Below are positions 23,464 through 36,457 of a stretch of 64,000 nt of DNA, in pieces. A program made the translations under genes and the position numbers. Each line of letters begins with the position of its first letter. The first letter of the stretch is position 1. A model generated the notes under the pieces. That model was not told the DNA's origin and ran no database searches. It saw only the letters and a list, made by a program, of their open reading frames with translations. Origin of the DNA: Octopus sinensis (Eukaryota); NCBI RefSeq assembly GCF_006345805.1, contig NC_043017.1, positions 13,702,001 through 13,766,000 of the forward strand, read 5' to 3'.

Positions 23464-23956
23464 AGGCGGCGAGCTGGCAGAAACGTTAGCACGCCGGGTG
23501 AAATGCTTAGCCGTATTTCGTCTGCCGTTACGTTGTGAGTTCAAATTCCGCCGAGGTCGACTTTGCTTTTCATCCTTTCGGGGTCGATAAATTAAGTACC
23601 ACTTACGCACTGGGGTCGATATAATTGACTTAATCCGTTTGTCTGTCCTCTCTGTGTTCAGCCTCTTGTGGGTAGTAAAGAAATATATATATGGGTGATG
23701 AGACCATATCCTGCTCTGCCTGATATGTTTAGCATCTATGTAGTAATTCCTGATGGACCTGGGGCTTTTCCTATTTTCATATTCTTGATTGTCTTATCTA
23801 TCACACTGCTGTCAACTAGGATAGACAGTCCCTCTGTTGGTTTCAGATCAGGAAGACTCCTAGTTACGCACTGGAGTCGATGAAATTGACTTAATCCCTT
23901 TGTCTGTCCTTGTTTGTCCCCTCTATGTTTAGCCCCTTGTGGGTAATAAAGAAACT
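23464..23956 (+). mobile_element. Chimeric retroposon: Nin-SINE + transduced flank + second SINE tail
   Basis: 14-bp TSD taatttgaagtaaa at 23450-23463 and 23957-23970. Segment 23685-23860 is nearly identical to 39987-40166. Confidence 0.85.
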
Positions 23957-24307
23957 TAATTTGAAGTAAAGTTAAGGTTATTTTTAGCAGGTCGATCAAT
24001 CATGTTGAAGTCTCTTCGAGGATTCAATTTGCTTCTAGTGTTTTTCAAGGTAGGTATTGAGTGTTGCTGCTACAATTACACAAAATAATTCTATAGGTTG
24101 TTAAACCTTTCCAAAAAGAAAAACGTACATAAACCACAATAAAAATAATTTTTCTAAAAACTAATGTTAAATATTACTTACATGGGACTTTCTTTAACGA
24201 AAAGTCATTTAATTCATTTTGAAGCGTAGTTTCGTATACTGGCATGGATAACCAAGTCAAGGCTCCATAATAATTTATAAGCAATCAGACTAAGTCATCG
24301 TTTCAGG

Positions 24308-24505
24308 ATGGGACAAACAAGGACAGACATAGGTATTAAGTCGATTACATCGACCCCAGTGCGTAACTGGTACTTAATTTATCGACCCCGAAAGGATGAA
24401 AGGCAAAGTCGACCTCGGCGGAATTTGAACTCACAACGTAACGGCAGACGAAATACCGCTAAGCATTTCGCCCGGCGTGCTAACGTTTCTGCCAGCTCGC
24501 CGCCG
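24308..24505 (-). mobile_element. Nin-domain SINE (family B)
   Basis: Matches the family. Confidence 0.85.
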
Positions 24506-25127
24506 TTTCAGGATACCTTCTTTCCTTACTTCCTCCCTTCCAACACTTTGGGAGGCCCTGAAAAGGTTCATGAGAATTGACCTTCTTTTGATTAAAAGAA
24601 AGAAAGATACAATACAATACAATCAGAGTAAACGAATCCCAGTCGTGACTCGACCCGTGTTTTTATATAGCTTCAATAAAATTCTCCAACGCGTCCATTT
24701 TTAAGACGGCAGGGTGTGATTTGAAAGAGAATTGGGCTGACATTTCTTGCAGCTTCGGCAACTGCGTAGATAATCTTCCCTCTGGCCCTACCCCACCACT
24801 ATCTGTCACAAGCCATACATATATATATATAAATATGTTTGATTCAAAACATCATCAAGGACAACAATGGTCGACAAACACTTCTAACGTTGTTTCTTTT
24901 CGTTTTCTTTTAATAGTGCACAGCGTGGCTTCAAATGAGGAAGAGTTAAGTTTCTAAATTTGAACAACGATTGTGTGTTACGTTAAGAAGTGATGTGAAG
25001 AGAGGTAATGCCAAAACCCAAGCCATATGTTTCATACTTCGTTTCTCATCTCACTGCACCCTCTCCCCCACTAAAACAGTATTTGTGTTTTTATTGAAAT
25101 TCTCTCACCATATGTTACTTTTATATT

Positions 25128-25510
25128 GTGGAGGCGCAATGGCCCAGTGGTTAGGGCAGCGGACTCGCGGTCGTAGGATCGCGGTTTCGATTTCCAGACC
25201 GGGCATGGTGAGTGTTTATTGAGCGAAAACACCTAAGGCTTCACAAGGCTCCTGCAGGGGGGGGGTGAACCCTGCTGTACTCTTTCACCACAACTTTCTG
25301 TCACTCTTTCTTCCTGTTTCTGTTGTACCTGTATTTCAAAAGGGCCAGCCTTGTCACACTCTGTGTCACGCTGAATCTCCTCGAGAACTACGTTAAGGGT
25401 ACACGTGTCTGTGGAATGCTCAGCCACTTGCACGTTAATTTCACGAGCAAGCTGTTCCGTTGATCGTATCAGCTGGGACCCTCATCATCGTAACCGACGG
25501 AGTGCTCCTA
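25128..25510 (+). mobile_element. SINE family C (tail 1), full length
   Basis: TSD tacttttatatt. Confidence 0.88.
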
Positions 25511-25781
25511 TACTTTTATATTAGAAAAGAAAAACTATTTTTATTGAGATCATACAAAGGAAAATTCTCTACAAAAATACTTGTTTAATAAATTGTCTCT
25601 CATAATACGTTATGTTATTAATTAACCTCATCGAGGGCGGTTGACAGCCAGAATCGTTAACACATCGGATAAAATGCTTAGCAGCATTTCTTCCGGCTCT
25701 TTACGTTCTCAAATCTGGCCAAGGTCGACTTTGCCTTACATTCTTTTTCGGGGTCGATAAAATAAGTACTAGTTGAGAACT

Positions 25782-26306
25782 TTGTTCCTTCTCGAGCCAT
25801 GCCTGGCTCATAAGGGCCGGTTTCCCGGTTTCCTTGATGTATAGGTTCCCCACCTGGACGGGACGCCGGTCCGTCGCAGGTGAGCTGCTAGATGCAGGAG
25901 GAAATAGGGAGAGAAAGTTGTGGCGAAAGAGTCAGCAGAAGTTTCGCCATTATCTTCTGCTGGAGCCGCGTGGAACTTAGGTGTTTCGCTCATAAACACA
26001 CACATCGCCCGATCTGAGATTCGAACCCGCGATCCCTCGACCGGTTTCCCGGTTTCTTTGGTGTATAGGTTCCCCACCTGGACGGGACGCCGGTCCGTCG
26101 CAGGTGAGCTGCAAGATGCAGGAGGAAATAGTGAGAGAAAGTTGTGGCGAAAGAGTCAGCAGAAGTTTCGCCATTATCTTCTGCCGGAGCCGCGTGGAGC
26201 TTAGGTGTTTCACTCATAAACACACACATCGCCCGGTCTGAGATTCGAACCCGCGATCACTCGACCGCGAATCCGCTGCTCTAACCACTAGGCCATGTGC
26301 CTCCAC
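25782..26306 (-). mobile_element. SINE family C variant (tail 2) with ~222-bp internal tandem duplication
   Basis: TSD tactagttgagaact at 25767-25781 and 26307-26321; inserted in an old Nin-SINE. Confidence 0.85.
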
Positions 26307-26557
26307 TACTAGTTGAGAACTGGGGTTGATGTAATCAACTTACCCCGCAACACACACTCCCTTAAAATTGCTGGCCACGTGCCAAAATTTGAAACCATTA
26401 CTACTGAATCTCATCGAGAGTGGTGAACCGGTAGAATCGTAGGAGCCCCGGACAAGGTGCCCTGTGATAGTTGTTCTTTCTCTTTACGTTCTGAGTTGAA
26501 CGCCCACTCAGGTCAACTGCATCTTCCATCTCTCCGGAGGCAATAAAATAAAGTACC

Positions 26558-26789
26558 TATTTCTTTACTACCCACAAGAGGCCAAACACAGAAGGGACAA
26601 ACAAGGACAGACAAATAGATTAAGTCGATTACATCGACCCCAGTGCATAACTGGTACTTAATTTATCGACCCCGAAAGGATGAAAGGCAAAGTCGACCTC
26701 GGCGGAATTTGAACTCAGAACGTTTACGGCAGACGAAATACCGCTAAGCAACTCGTCCAACGTGCTAACAATTCTGCCGGCTCGCTGCC
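26558..26789 (-). mobile_element. Nin-domain SINE inserted antisense in an older Nin-SINE
   Basis: Junction aaagtacc|tatttc. Confidence 0.8.
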
Positions 26790-27539
26790 AAGCATGTATT
26801 AAAGTCGATGGTCTCAACTCTCTCTGTCCTCCTAAAACTGCTGGCCTTGCGTTAAAAATCTGAAATCGCGTAAGGTGGCCAGCTGGCAAATTTGTTAGCG
26901 CTCCGGATAAAATGCTTAGCGGCATTTCTTCTAGCTTTGCGTTCTGAGTTAAAATGTCGCCGAGATCAACTTTGCCTATTAGCATTTTGAAGTCAACGAA
27001 ATAAGCACCAATTGAGCACTGGGGTCGATGTAATAAACTTGACCCTATCCCCAAACCTCAGGCCTTATACATATTGTAGAAAGGATAATCATGATAATTT
27101 TTGTTGTTGTTGTTGGTGGTGGTGGTGGTGTTATCTATATAATAATCTGCTTGCTCGTTTGCCCGTTACACTTTAGGTAGTTAGAGAGGCTGAGGTGGAG
27201 TGAGTGAGAGGTGAGGTAAAAGTGAAAGAGTGGGAAGAATGTGAATAGAGAAGAAAAAAGAGAGGAGTATAATAATACATTAAGGCCAAATGCATCACGT
27301 GGTTAGTTGAAAGGAGAGTTGGAGAGCGAGAGAAAAAGACGGTGAGACAAAAGAGGGAGATGGAAGTGTTAACGACAGGCTGTAGGGTGGAGAAGAAAGG
27401 GTAAAGAGAAAGAGATATGTTTAGGATACAATATTTAGCAGAGGGTGATGTTCTGGTGGTAAGGCTAAAGACAGGCAGATAGAGAGAAATGAACGAGGAA
27501 GCCACAAAACATGAACAAAACAAAAAAAACTGGTTTCAG

Positions 27540-28452
27540 TCTTTAAGGGAGCTGACAAATATGAAAAATAAGTCAAAGTACCTAACAACTTTGAAGAAAA
27601 AGGATAAACAACAAAAGCTGTAAAACAACTGAAATCCAAACTAAAACTGGAACAGCAACGGATCATGCTAAAACGATAGCAAGAAAAGCCCCTTCATAGC
27701 TGAAAAAGCTCATGACTTAAAGCACAGACTGAAGGATTTTTAATTACAGCACAAAACCAGAGCCTTCTCACCGGAAATTACCAAAAACATGTAATGAAAA
27801 GAAATACAAGTAACTGCAAAATATGTGGAGATGTACAAGAAACAATAAATCATATTGTCTCTGGACGCCCAGTCATGGCTAAGAAGTAATATATTCACAG
27901 AGTTGGGACATATATACACTGAAATCTATGCCAACGCTATGGAATAACAACAGAAAAAAGATGGTATAGGCACTACAAGAAAAGGTCACAGAAAATGAGA
28001 AAGCAACTATACTCTGGGATATGCCAATACACACAGCTAGAGAAATTAAGGCCAAAAGGCCGGATGTAGTTTTTAGAGATCACCAAGAAAAAAATGCTTT
28101 CTAATCGATGTATCAATACCAACAGATGACAATGTTTCTCTAAAAGAAACGGAGAAACTTTCAAAATACAAAAACCAGGAAATAGAGGTAACTCGAAGGT
28201 GGAGTCTAAAAACAGAAACAATTCCTATCATAGTAGGCGCATTAGGTATGATAAAAAATATTCAGACAAATACATAACAAAAACACCAGGACTAACAAGC
28301 ATATAAAGCATACAGAAAATAGCACTAATAGGACCGCATACATCCTACGTAAAACACTTACAATACAGTAACCATAAGAGCATCACAGCAAACCACAGCA
28401 CACAGAGCAGCGCTCGGTAGTGCAGTGAAAGCACGTGATAAAAATAAGACTA

Positions 28453-28455
<3 letters not shown>
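27540..28455 (+). mobile_element. R4/Dong-type non-LTR retrotransposon 3' fragment (CCHC finger plus restriction-like endonuclease), degenerate
   Basis: CKICGDVQETINHIVSG, ILWDMPIHT, RPDVV, LIDVSIP, IVGALG; ends in (TAA)n. Confidence 0.8.
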
Positions 28456-28612
<157 letters not shown>

Positions 28613-29009
28613 GGTGGTGGTGGTGATGTTGGTCATCGTTGTTGCCTCTCTTCAACTCAGAAACGATTGAGCATACCTTCTTATCAAAGGAATTCCAGCT
28701 GTGACCATCACGACTCTCATTATCCATTTGCCAGTCCTGTGCATCGCAAGTGATACACAGGACATGTTTTCCTGGAGCACCATAAATGAATGGCTAAAGG
28801 AACATAACTCTATATTACTCGCAATATCAATCGCAAACACTGAGGATTGAGTGTGTGTGTATATAAATGTGTGCGTGCGCGCGCGTCTATCTATCTATCT
28901 ATCTATCTGTCTGTCTATCTATCTATCTATCTGTCTATCTATCTGTCTGTCTATCTATCTATCTATCTATCTACCTACCTACCTACCCACTTATCTATCT
29001 ATCTATCTA

Positions 29010-29060
<51 letters not shown>

Positions 29061-29914
29061 CACCAGTGTGTTGTGTTATGTACGCGTGTAAGTGTGCGCG
29101 CGTATAGAAAATATTTTTCAAAACTCATTCCCTGGACGGGATGCTGGTCGGTCGCAGGATGCCTCCGAAGTGATTTTTAGTTAATATGAACCCACCGCAC
29201 ACCGGACCCACGTCGACTAGGGCCGCCTCGTTCATGCGATACATCGATAGACAACGGTCTAAACCCGGCTCTCGTTCCCTGTTAGTGATAGGAAGAGCCA
29301 ATTTTGAAGGATGAAAAAGTGATTGTTATACATTCATATCTATGTGTTTACATCCCCACTCTTGGCACTATTTTGTTAGTGAACAGTACAACTGTGTGTA
29401 AAGCATATAATGTATTACTACGCTGAATGTCGAGTCCGTGTAACATGAAAAGTCAATAAACACGTAAACAATAACAATGGTTTTCATTTGGTTGTCTATC
29501 CCATTAGAACCCAAACTACACATAACAGTGATGTTGCTGCGAACACGAATCAATGTTTTAATGATTAGACAGAGGTCAAATAGAATAGATCTCAGAAACA
29601 GACTACGTACAAATTCGTTCTTCACAACTCCTGAAGCTGTTTTTTGACAGGGGGTGAGGATGTCAGGAAATTTTCATACAGCTGGAGGCCCCAATCGAAA
29701 CAGGGGACCCGAAATGATAAGGCTGAGAAATGCTGTTATAGATTATGCCTAACCGAAAACGATCACAGCCACATCATCCAAACAGAACCGGATGAAACCG
29801 GGCTTAGCTGCTAGTCTTTAATATAAACAAGAGTGCAGTTTACACCCAAAAGCCAATAAGAGAGTTTCTCCCATGGTAAATACTGCAGTAAAGGGGTTTT
29901 TTTTAACGTAACAG

Positions 29915-30260
29915 GTACTCTTTACACTTTTACGTGTTTCAGTCATTTGACTGTGGTCATGCTGGAGCACCACCTTTTTAGCCGATCAAATCGACCCCAG
30001 GACTTATTCTTTGGAAGCCTAGTACTTATTCTACCGCTAATTACGGGGACGTAAACACACCAGCATCGGTTGTCAAACGATGTTGGGGGGACAATATATA
30101 CGACGGGCTTCTTTCAGTTTCCGTCTACCAAATCCACTCACAAGGCTTTGGTCGGCCCGAGGCTATAGTAGAAGACACTTGCCCAAGGTGCCACGCAGTG
30201 GGACTGAACCCGGAACCATGTGGTTCGTAAGCAAGCTACTTACTACACAGCCACTCCCAC
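29915..30260 (-). mobile_element. SINE family A (deleted copy)
   Basis: Matches the family. Confidence 0.8.
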
Positions 30261-30814
30261 GCCGGTTGTTGTAATAGAACATCCACGTTTAAGTGAGGAT
30301 AAATATTACCACTAGGTATTAATATTGCTTTTATCGCTAGTAGACATTTCTTTAATACGCTAACTAATCGCCATACCAACGCCTGTCCTGGACTGTCAAT
30401 CTTATATATCGCTAGCGGGGAGATGAATCTCTTCTATTTCTAGCGGTCGAGTGTCCCTCATTAACGAAACTGGATCACAATCATGTTATCTGTAGACACG
30501 GAACCAGAGTTAGAGGGAATATATATCCCCACCAGCGATATAAACAAGGGTGAATTTTACACCAAAAAACCAGTACGAAAGTTTCTATCATAGTAGCTTG
30601 TCGCAGTTAAGTTTGTACTACTAAAACAACTACGGTTAAGGGGAGACAAATCTTACCTCCCTGCAACAGGATAGAGCACTGTATTATGTCCCTTTACCTG
30701 TGTGTAGCGGGGGTTGTTGATGCGTTTGTGTGTGTGTGTGATTTTGAGGTGTAAATAAAAGTGACCACACTTTTATTCTGCATGCTTGAATTATCATTGA
30801 AAATCAACAATATG

Positions 30815-31247
30815 GGCAATCTTTCGTCTCTAGTAGACCTTTCCGTCGATTTCCGTAAATTTTTTTTTTTTTTTACATATGGGCTTGCAGGAACTTTTGA
30901 AGTAATGAGAGCGAAAGAGACTAAGAGAAAGCGATTGTATGACGAGGGAAGTTCTTTTGAAGTTACCGTGCATGGGAAGCATTGATGTACATGTGTGTGT
31001 GTGTGTGTGCGTGTGTATTTGATGGGGTGTGGGAGACGGACAGTATGTTGTGTAAGTGAAGTGCTTCTGTTAGTGTGTGTGAAGAGACAGAGTAATGTGT
31101 GAAAGAAAGAGATAACTGAAATTTTTTACTCGGTGTATGTGTATATGTATGTATATTACTTCAAAAGTTCCCGCAAGCCCATATGTAAAAAACAAAAATT
31201 TTTTTACGGAAATCGACGGAAAGGTCTACTAGAGACGAAAGATCGCC
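30815..31247. mobile_element. GG-terminal MITE family 3 with ~90-bp TIRs (Merlin-like)
   Basis: TIR ggc(a/g)atctttcgtctctagtagacc...; exact 8-bp TSD acaatatg. Confidence 0.88.
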
Positions 31248-31814
31248 ACAATATGATATGGCGGCAGAGTGCAGTACAATATGTCAGTTACACTAAAAAA
31301 ATAAAGTGATGAAAGCCAGTCACAAAGAGATAACGGCCATTTTTTTTTTCCTCCTCTGAAAAATATCTGTGAGTTTGACTCGACCGTTGTGCTATAAAAT
31401 TGGCGGAGTCGACAATCCCGTTACTAATTTTAGTTAATGTTTACATCTTGACCCGGAAATGAAAATCCAAAAAAAATACTGGAATGGGTGTAAAACGATG
31501 TGTAGGAAACTGATATGAAAAAAGAAGTGCGCGCAAAGCAACGGGAGAGTGGAGAGAGGACTTCGGAAAATTCACAAAATCCGAGTTTTCCCTCATAACT
31601 TTTAGGAAAATGGGGGGGTTTTCAATGAAATTTTATAGAAATACGTTTCAAACGGCATACATTACGAATTGGAGGAGGTGATCTTGTCTCAGATGATGAA
31701 AGGTTAGAGTATGACACAACGACAGAAATAGATGTCTTGCTGTAGAAGAGGTACATGGTTACCCAGCCAGAAAGAGCGAAAGAAAAGGAGAGTTAACAAG
31801 AAAGAGAATAGAAA

Positions 31815-32395
31815 GGTGCGCTGGCAGAAACGTTAGCACGCTGGAGGAAATGCTTAGCGGTATTTCGTCTGCCGTTACGTTCTGAGTTCAAATTCCGCCG
31901 AGGTCGACTTTGCCTTTCATCCTTTCGGGGTCGATAAATAAAGTACCAGTTACACACTGGGGTCGATGTAATCGACTTAATCCGTTTGTCTGTCCTTGTT
32001 TGTCCCCTCTGTGTTTAGCCCCTTGTGGGTAGCAAAGAAATAGGTATTTCGTCTGCGATTACGTTCTGAGTTCAAATTCCGCCGAGGTCGACTTTGCCTT
32101 TCATCTTTTCGGGGTCGATAAATTAAGTACCAGTAATGGACTGGGGTCGATGTAATCGACTTAATCCCTTTGTCTGTTCTTGTTTGTCCTATTTGTGTTT
32201 AGCCCCTTGTGGGTAATAAAGAAATACGTATTTCGTCTGCCACTATGTTCTGAGTTCAAATTCTGCCAAGGATGAATCCTTTCGGAGTCGATTTAAATAA
32301 GTACCAGTTACGCACTGGGGTCGATATAATCAACTTAATCCGTTTGTCTGTCCTTGTTTGTCCCCTCTGTGTGTAGCCCCTTGTGGACAGCAAAG
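31815..32395 (+). mobile_element. Nin-SINE head plus three 184-bp tandem units
   Basis: (g/c)gtatttcgtctg at 31859, 32043 and 32227. Confidence 0.9.
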
Positions 32396-32688
32396 TAATA
32401 AGAAAGAGGACAGGAACAGGTATGCTGTTGTAGAGAAGATACATAGTTGCCCAGCCAGAGGGAAGAGCAAGGGAAGGAAAGAGAGAGTGAGAGACAGCAA
32501 GAGCAGGAGAGAGAGATGATGGCAAAGTATGCTTGCAAGGAACTGGGATCAAAGCATAGGTGAGATGGTAGCATGAGGTGCTGGCAGGGTATTGCCCAGA
32601 AGGTACGAGTAGGGAGTGGGGGTGGAGAATGCTGTAACTGTTGAGAACCTGGGTATACAGAGTGGGTAGGGAAAGTAACAATACCTAT

Positions 32689-32910
32689 TTCTTTATTACC
32701 CACAAGGGGCTAAACACAGAGGGGACAAACAAGGACAGACATAGGTATTAAGTCGATTACATCGACCCCAGTGCGTCACTGGTACTTTATTTATCGACCC
32801 CGAAAGGATGAAAGGCAAAGTCGACCTCGGCGGAATTTGAACTCACAACGTAACGGCAGACGAAATACTGCTAAGCATTTCGCCTGACGTGCTAACGTTT
32901 CTGCCAGCTC
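32689..32910 (-). mobile_element. Nin-domain SINE (family B)
   Basis: Matches the family; inverted relative to the adjacent array. Confidence 0.88.
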
Positions 32911-33239
32911 AATACCGTACCGTGAGCAGGTTAGTGAGGACAGGATTGGTGGGTGGGAGATAGTCCATAGTGTATGAAGAGGAAATGTGAGGAAGAGAAG
33001 AGATAGTTTTAGAGAGGAGATGTAGTTTGGTTTGTTGGAGTAGACTGTGTGAAAATGTTATTGTTACTTGTGGGTGGAACACAACACTTCTAGAACTCAT
33101 ATTCACTAATGTGAGCAGGTCTTCTCTAGACCCTCATGGTGCCAGACATCTCAGTCCATTGTCATTTCCTCCATAACCCCCAACATCCTGAGATCGATCC
33201 TTACCACTTCATCCCATGTCTTCCTGGATCACTTTTCTA

Positions 33240-33470
33240 CAGGTACCACCCACTATCAGTAGAGCTAAAAAAGAAGTAATTTCTACTCTTCTCCTCTGGA
33301 AGCCACCTACTCGCAATACCAGAGGGCGCACACTCTCCTACCCTGATGTAATCTCCAGGGATACAGGCATCCAGCAACAGGACCTCCGTAATGCCATGAT
33401 GGACTGTGAAGTCTGGCGTAGCATAGTAAATTCCATTGTCTCGACCACGGTCGAACAATGATGATGATGA
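33240..33470 (+). mobile_element. RTE-type LINE extreme 3' end
   Basis: LLLWKP...RGR..LSYPDVISRDTG...AMMDCEVWRSIV followed by (tga)n tail. Confidence 0.7.
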
Positions 33471-34450
33471 TCAGTAACCAGCACTTCTTTATACAGCTGT
33501 CTTCATTCATACGAATCACATGTTCAAACCAATGTAGTCTCCTCTCTTGCATGCATAATTTGATTTCTCTTATGTCCAATTTTTCTCGCAACATATTTGC
33601 ACTTTGTTGTTCATGTACATTGATACTACACATCCAGTACAGTATACTGCCTTCATGCCTGCTACATTCAGAGCCCATGTTTCATCACGATGAAGTATAG
33701 CCATTCGTACACAGGCATCATATAGTCTACCTTTCAGTGGAGGCGCAATGGCCCAGTGGTTAGGGCAGCGAACTCGCGGTCGTAGGATCGTGGTTTCGAT
33801 TCCCAGACCGGGCGTTGTGAGTGTTTATTGAGTGAAAACACCTAAAGCTCCATGAGGCTCCGGCAGGGGATGGTGGTGATCCTTGCTGTACTCTTTCACC
33901 ACAACTTTCTCTCACTCTTACTTCCTGTTTCTGTTGTACCTGTATTTCAAAGGGCCGGCCTTGTCACTCTCTGTGTCACACTGAATATCCCCGAGAACTA
34001 CGTTAAGGGTACACGTGTCTGTGGAGTGCTCAGTCACTTACACGTTAATTTCACGAGCAGGCTGTTCCATTGATCGGATCAACCGGAACCCTCATCGTCA
34101 TAACCGACAGAGTGCTTCCAATAGTCTACCTTTCACTTTGAGAAAGAGTCCATTTGTTGCCAACAGAGGTAGTAGTTCTCTGAACTTCTTCCCTCCTATC
34201 CTTATTCTAGAGACAATACTTTCAGAGCATCCACCACCATTACTAATTTGGTCACCTTAATAGCAGAAACTATCTACTACCTCAAGAGAGCTTCTTGGGT
34301 ATTTGAGAGAGTCTAAGCCCCATGTGCCCTTAGTGCTTATTGTTCCTGTGCATCTGCCACACATGAAGGGACCTTATCTTTTAATCTACCTGTGATTCCA
34401 CTACATCTCTTATGTGTCCATAGCTTACACTAGATGCAGGGAATGGAGTT
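33470..34450 (-). mobile_element. RTE LINE RT C-terminal fragment, split by a SINE
   Basis: WMCSINVHEQQSANMLREKL..RRLHWFEHVIRM; same family as 54090-55260. Confidence 0.8.
33737..34120 (+). mobile_element. SINE family C, full length
   Basis: 15-bp TSD atagtctacctttca. Confidence 0.9.
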
Positions 34451-34546
34451 ACTTTGCACTCCTTTCATACACATTGAACAGGGCCATTTGTCTGTGCATG
34501 TACATGAACATCGAACCAAATATCAATGGAAACAGTAGTTGTGATA

Positions 34547-34945
34547 CCTGTGCCGGTGGCACATAAAAAGCACCATCCGAACGTGACCGATGCCAACCCT
34601 GCCTCGAATGGCTTCTGTGCCGGAGGCACATAAAAAGCACCATCCGAACGTGGCCAATGCCAGCACCGCCTTGACTGGCTTCTGTGCCAGTAGCACATAA
34701 AAAAGCACCAACCGATCGTGGCCAATGCCAGACCCCTCTGGCACCTGTGCAGGTGGCACGTAAAAAGCACCCACTACACTCGCGGAGTGGTTGGCGTTAG
34801 GAAGGGCATCCAGCTGTAGAAACACTGCCAGATCAGACTGGAGCCTGGAGCAGACCCTGGCTCCCCAGACCCCGGTCGAACCATCCAACCCATGCTAGTG
34901 CAGAAAACGGACGTTAAACGATGATGATGATGATGATGATGATGA
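34547..34945 (+). mobile_element. RTE 3'-UTR module (63-68-bp repeats, V-like domain, (gat)n tail)
   Basis: Same module follows the RTE ORF at 55420-55725; also at 48177, 52935, 53775 and inverted at 39295. Confidence 0.8.
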
Positions 34946-34964
34946 AGGAGTCTTATCTACTTTC

Positions 34965-35130
34965 TTGCTAACAATAACTTTGGTCTTTGCTAAGTTAACT
35001 TTAAGGCCCTTGGATTCCAGGTTTTGCTTCCATACCTGGAATTTCTTCTCCAGTTCTGCTACAGATTCTACAATAAGAGCAAGGTCATCAGTGTAAACAA
35101 ATAATAAGTGGATGGCCAGAGACTGTGAAA
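34965..35130 (-). mobile_element. RTE reverse transcriptase fragment
   Basis: YTDDLALIVES..WKQNLESKGLKVNLAKTKV. Confidence 0.8.
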
Positions 35131-35352
35131 GATGTAGTGAAAAGTATAAAAAATCACTGGTCATTGAAAGAATGCCAGTCAGTACAGGATGTCTTAGTAA
35201 CAAAAGATGAGTGCATGGTCATTCCAAAACACATGCAAAACACCATTTTTCAGAGAATCCATGTTGCACATCGAAGAATTGAAAAGTGTCAATTCAAAGC
35301 AAGGAATATTGTTTATTGGAAAGGCATAAACAAAATCGAAGAACTAGTATGA
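35130..35352 (+). mobile_element. Gypsy-like pol remnant (integrase zinc-binding region)
   Basis: VIPKHMQNTIFQRIHVAHRRIEKCQFKARNIVYWKGIN. Confidence 0.7.
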
Positions 35353-35377
35353 TCGTGTGAAATAAGCAATTAGAACA

Positions 35378-36020
35378 TTGTGGCTGTGTGGTAAGTAGCT
35401 TGCCACATGGTTCCGGGTTCAGTCCCACTGCGTGGCATCTTGGGCAAGTGTCTTCTGCTATAGCCCCGGGCCGACCAATGCCTTGTGAGTGGATTTGGTA
35501 GACGGAAACTGAAAGAAGCCTGTCGTATATATGCATGTATATATATATGTATGTGTGTGTTTGTGTGTCTGTGTTTGTCCCCCTCTAGCATTACTTGACA
35601 ACCGATGCTGGTGTGTTGACGTCCCGTCACTTAGCGGTTCGGCAAAAGAGACAGATAGAATAAGTACTGGGCTTACAAAGCATAAGTCCCGGGGTCGATT
35701 TGCTGTTTTATAAGAAGCTTGGTTCCAAGTTCAGTCCCACTGTGTGGAAGCTTGGGTATGTGTCTTCTACCATAGCTTCAGGCCGACCAAAGCCTTGTGA
35801 ATGGATTTTGGTAGACGGAAACTGATGGAAGCCCATCGTATATATATATGTATATATGTGTGGGTGTGTCTTTGTGTCTGTGTTTTTTGTACCCCCATCA
35901 CCGCTTGACAACTGGTGTTGGTGTGTTTATGTCCTCGTAACCTAGCAGTTCGGGGAGAAAAGAAAAAACACCGACAGAAAAAGTACTAAGCTTTCAAAAA
36001 AGTCCTGAATGACTGAAACA
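35378..36020 (+). mobile_element. Two consecutive family A SINEs (young, then older)
   Basis: Approximately 35378-35705 and 35715-36020. Confidence 0.8.
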
Positions 36021-36130
36021 AGTTAAAAATAATAATAAAAGTTTATATAATTTTTCATTGGCTAAAGGGAGGTAACAGGGTATAACATTGCATTACATAA
36101 CACTGCATTATGTCCCTTTAATCACACACG

Positions 36131-36170
<40 letters not shown>

Positions 36171-36173
36171 CAT

Positions 36174-36457
36174 ATGAGGCGCAATGGCCCAGTGGTTAGG
36201 GCAGCGGACTCGCGGCTTCGATTCCCAGAGCGGGTGTTGTGAGTGTTTATTGAGCGAAAACACCTAAAGCTCCACAAGGCTCCGGCAGGGTGGGGTGGCG
36301 ATCCCTGCTGTACTCTTTTGCCACAACTTTCTCTCACTCTTTTTTCTGTTGGCCTGCTCGCTTAGCCAGCGGGGTGGCGTCATTTGAAGGCTAAAACAAT
36401 GCGAAGCGCATTGTGACCAGCGATGTGTAGCACCATCTGATAACCTGGTCGGTCACA

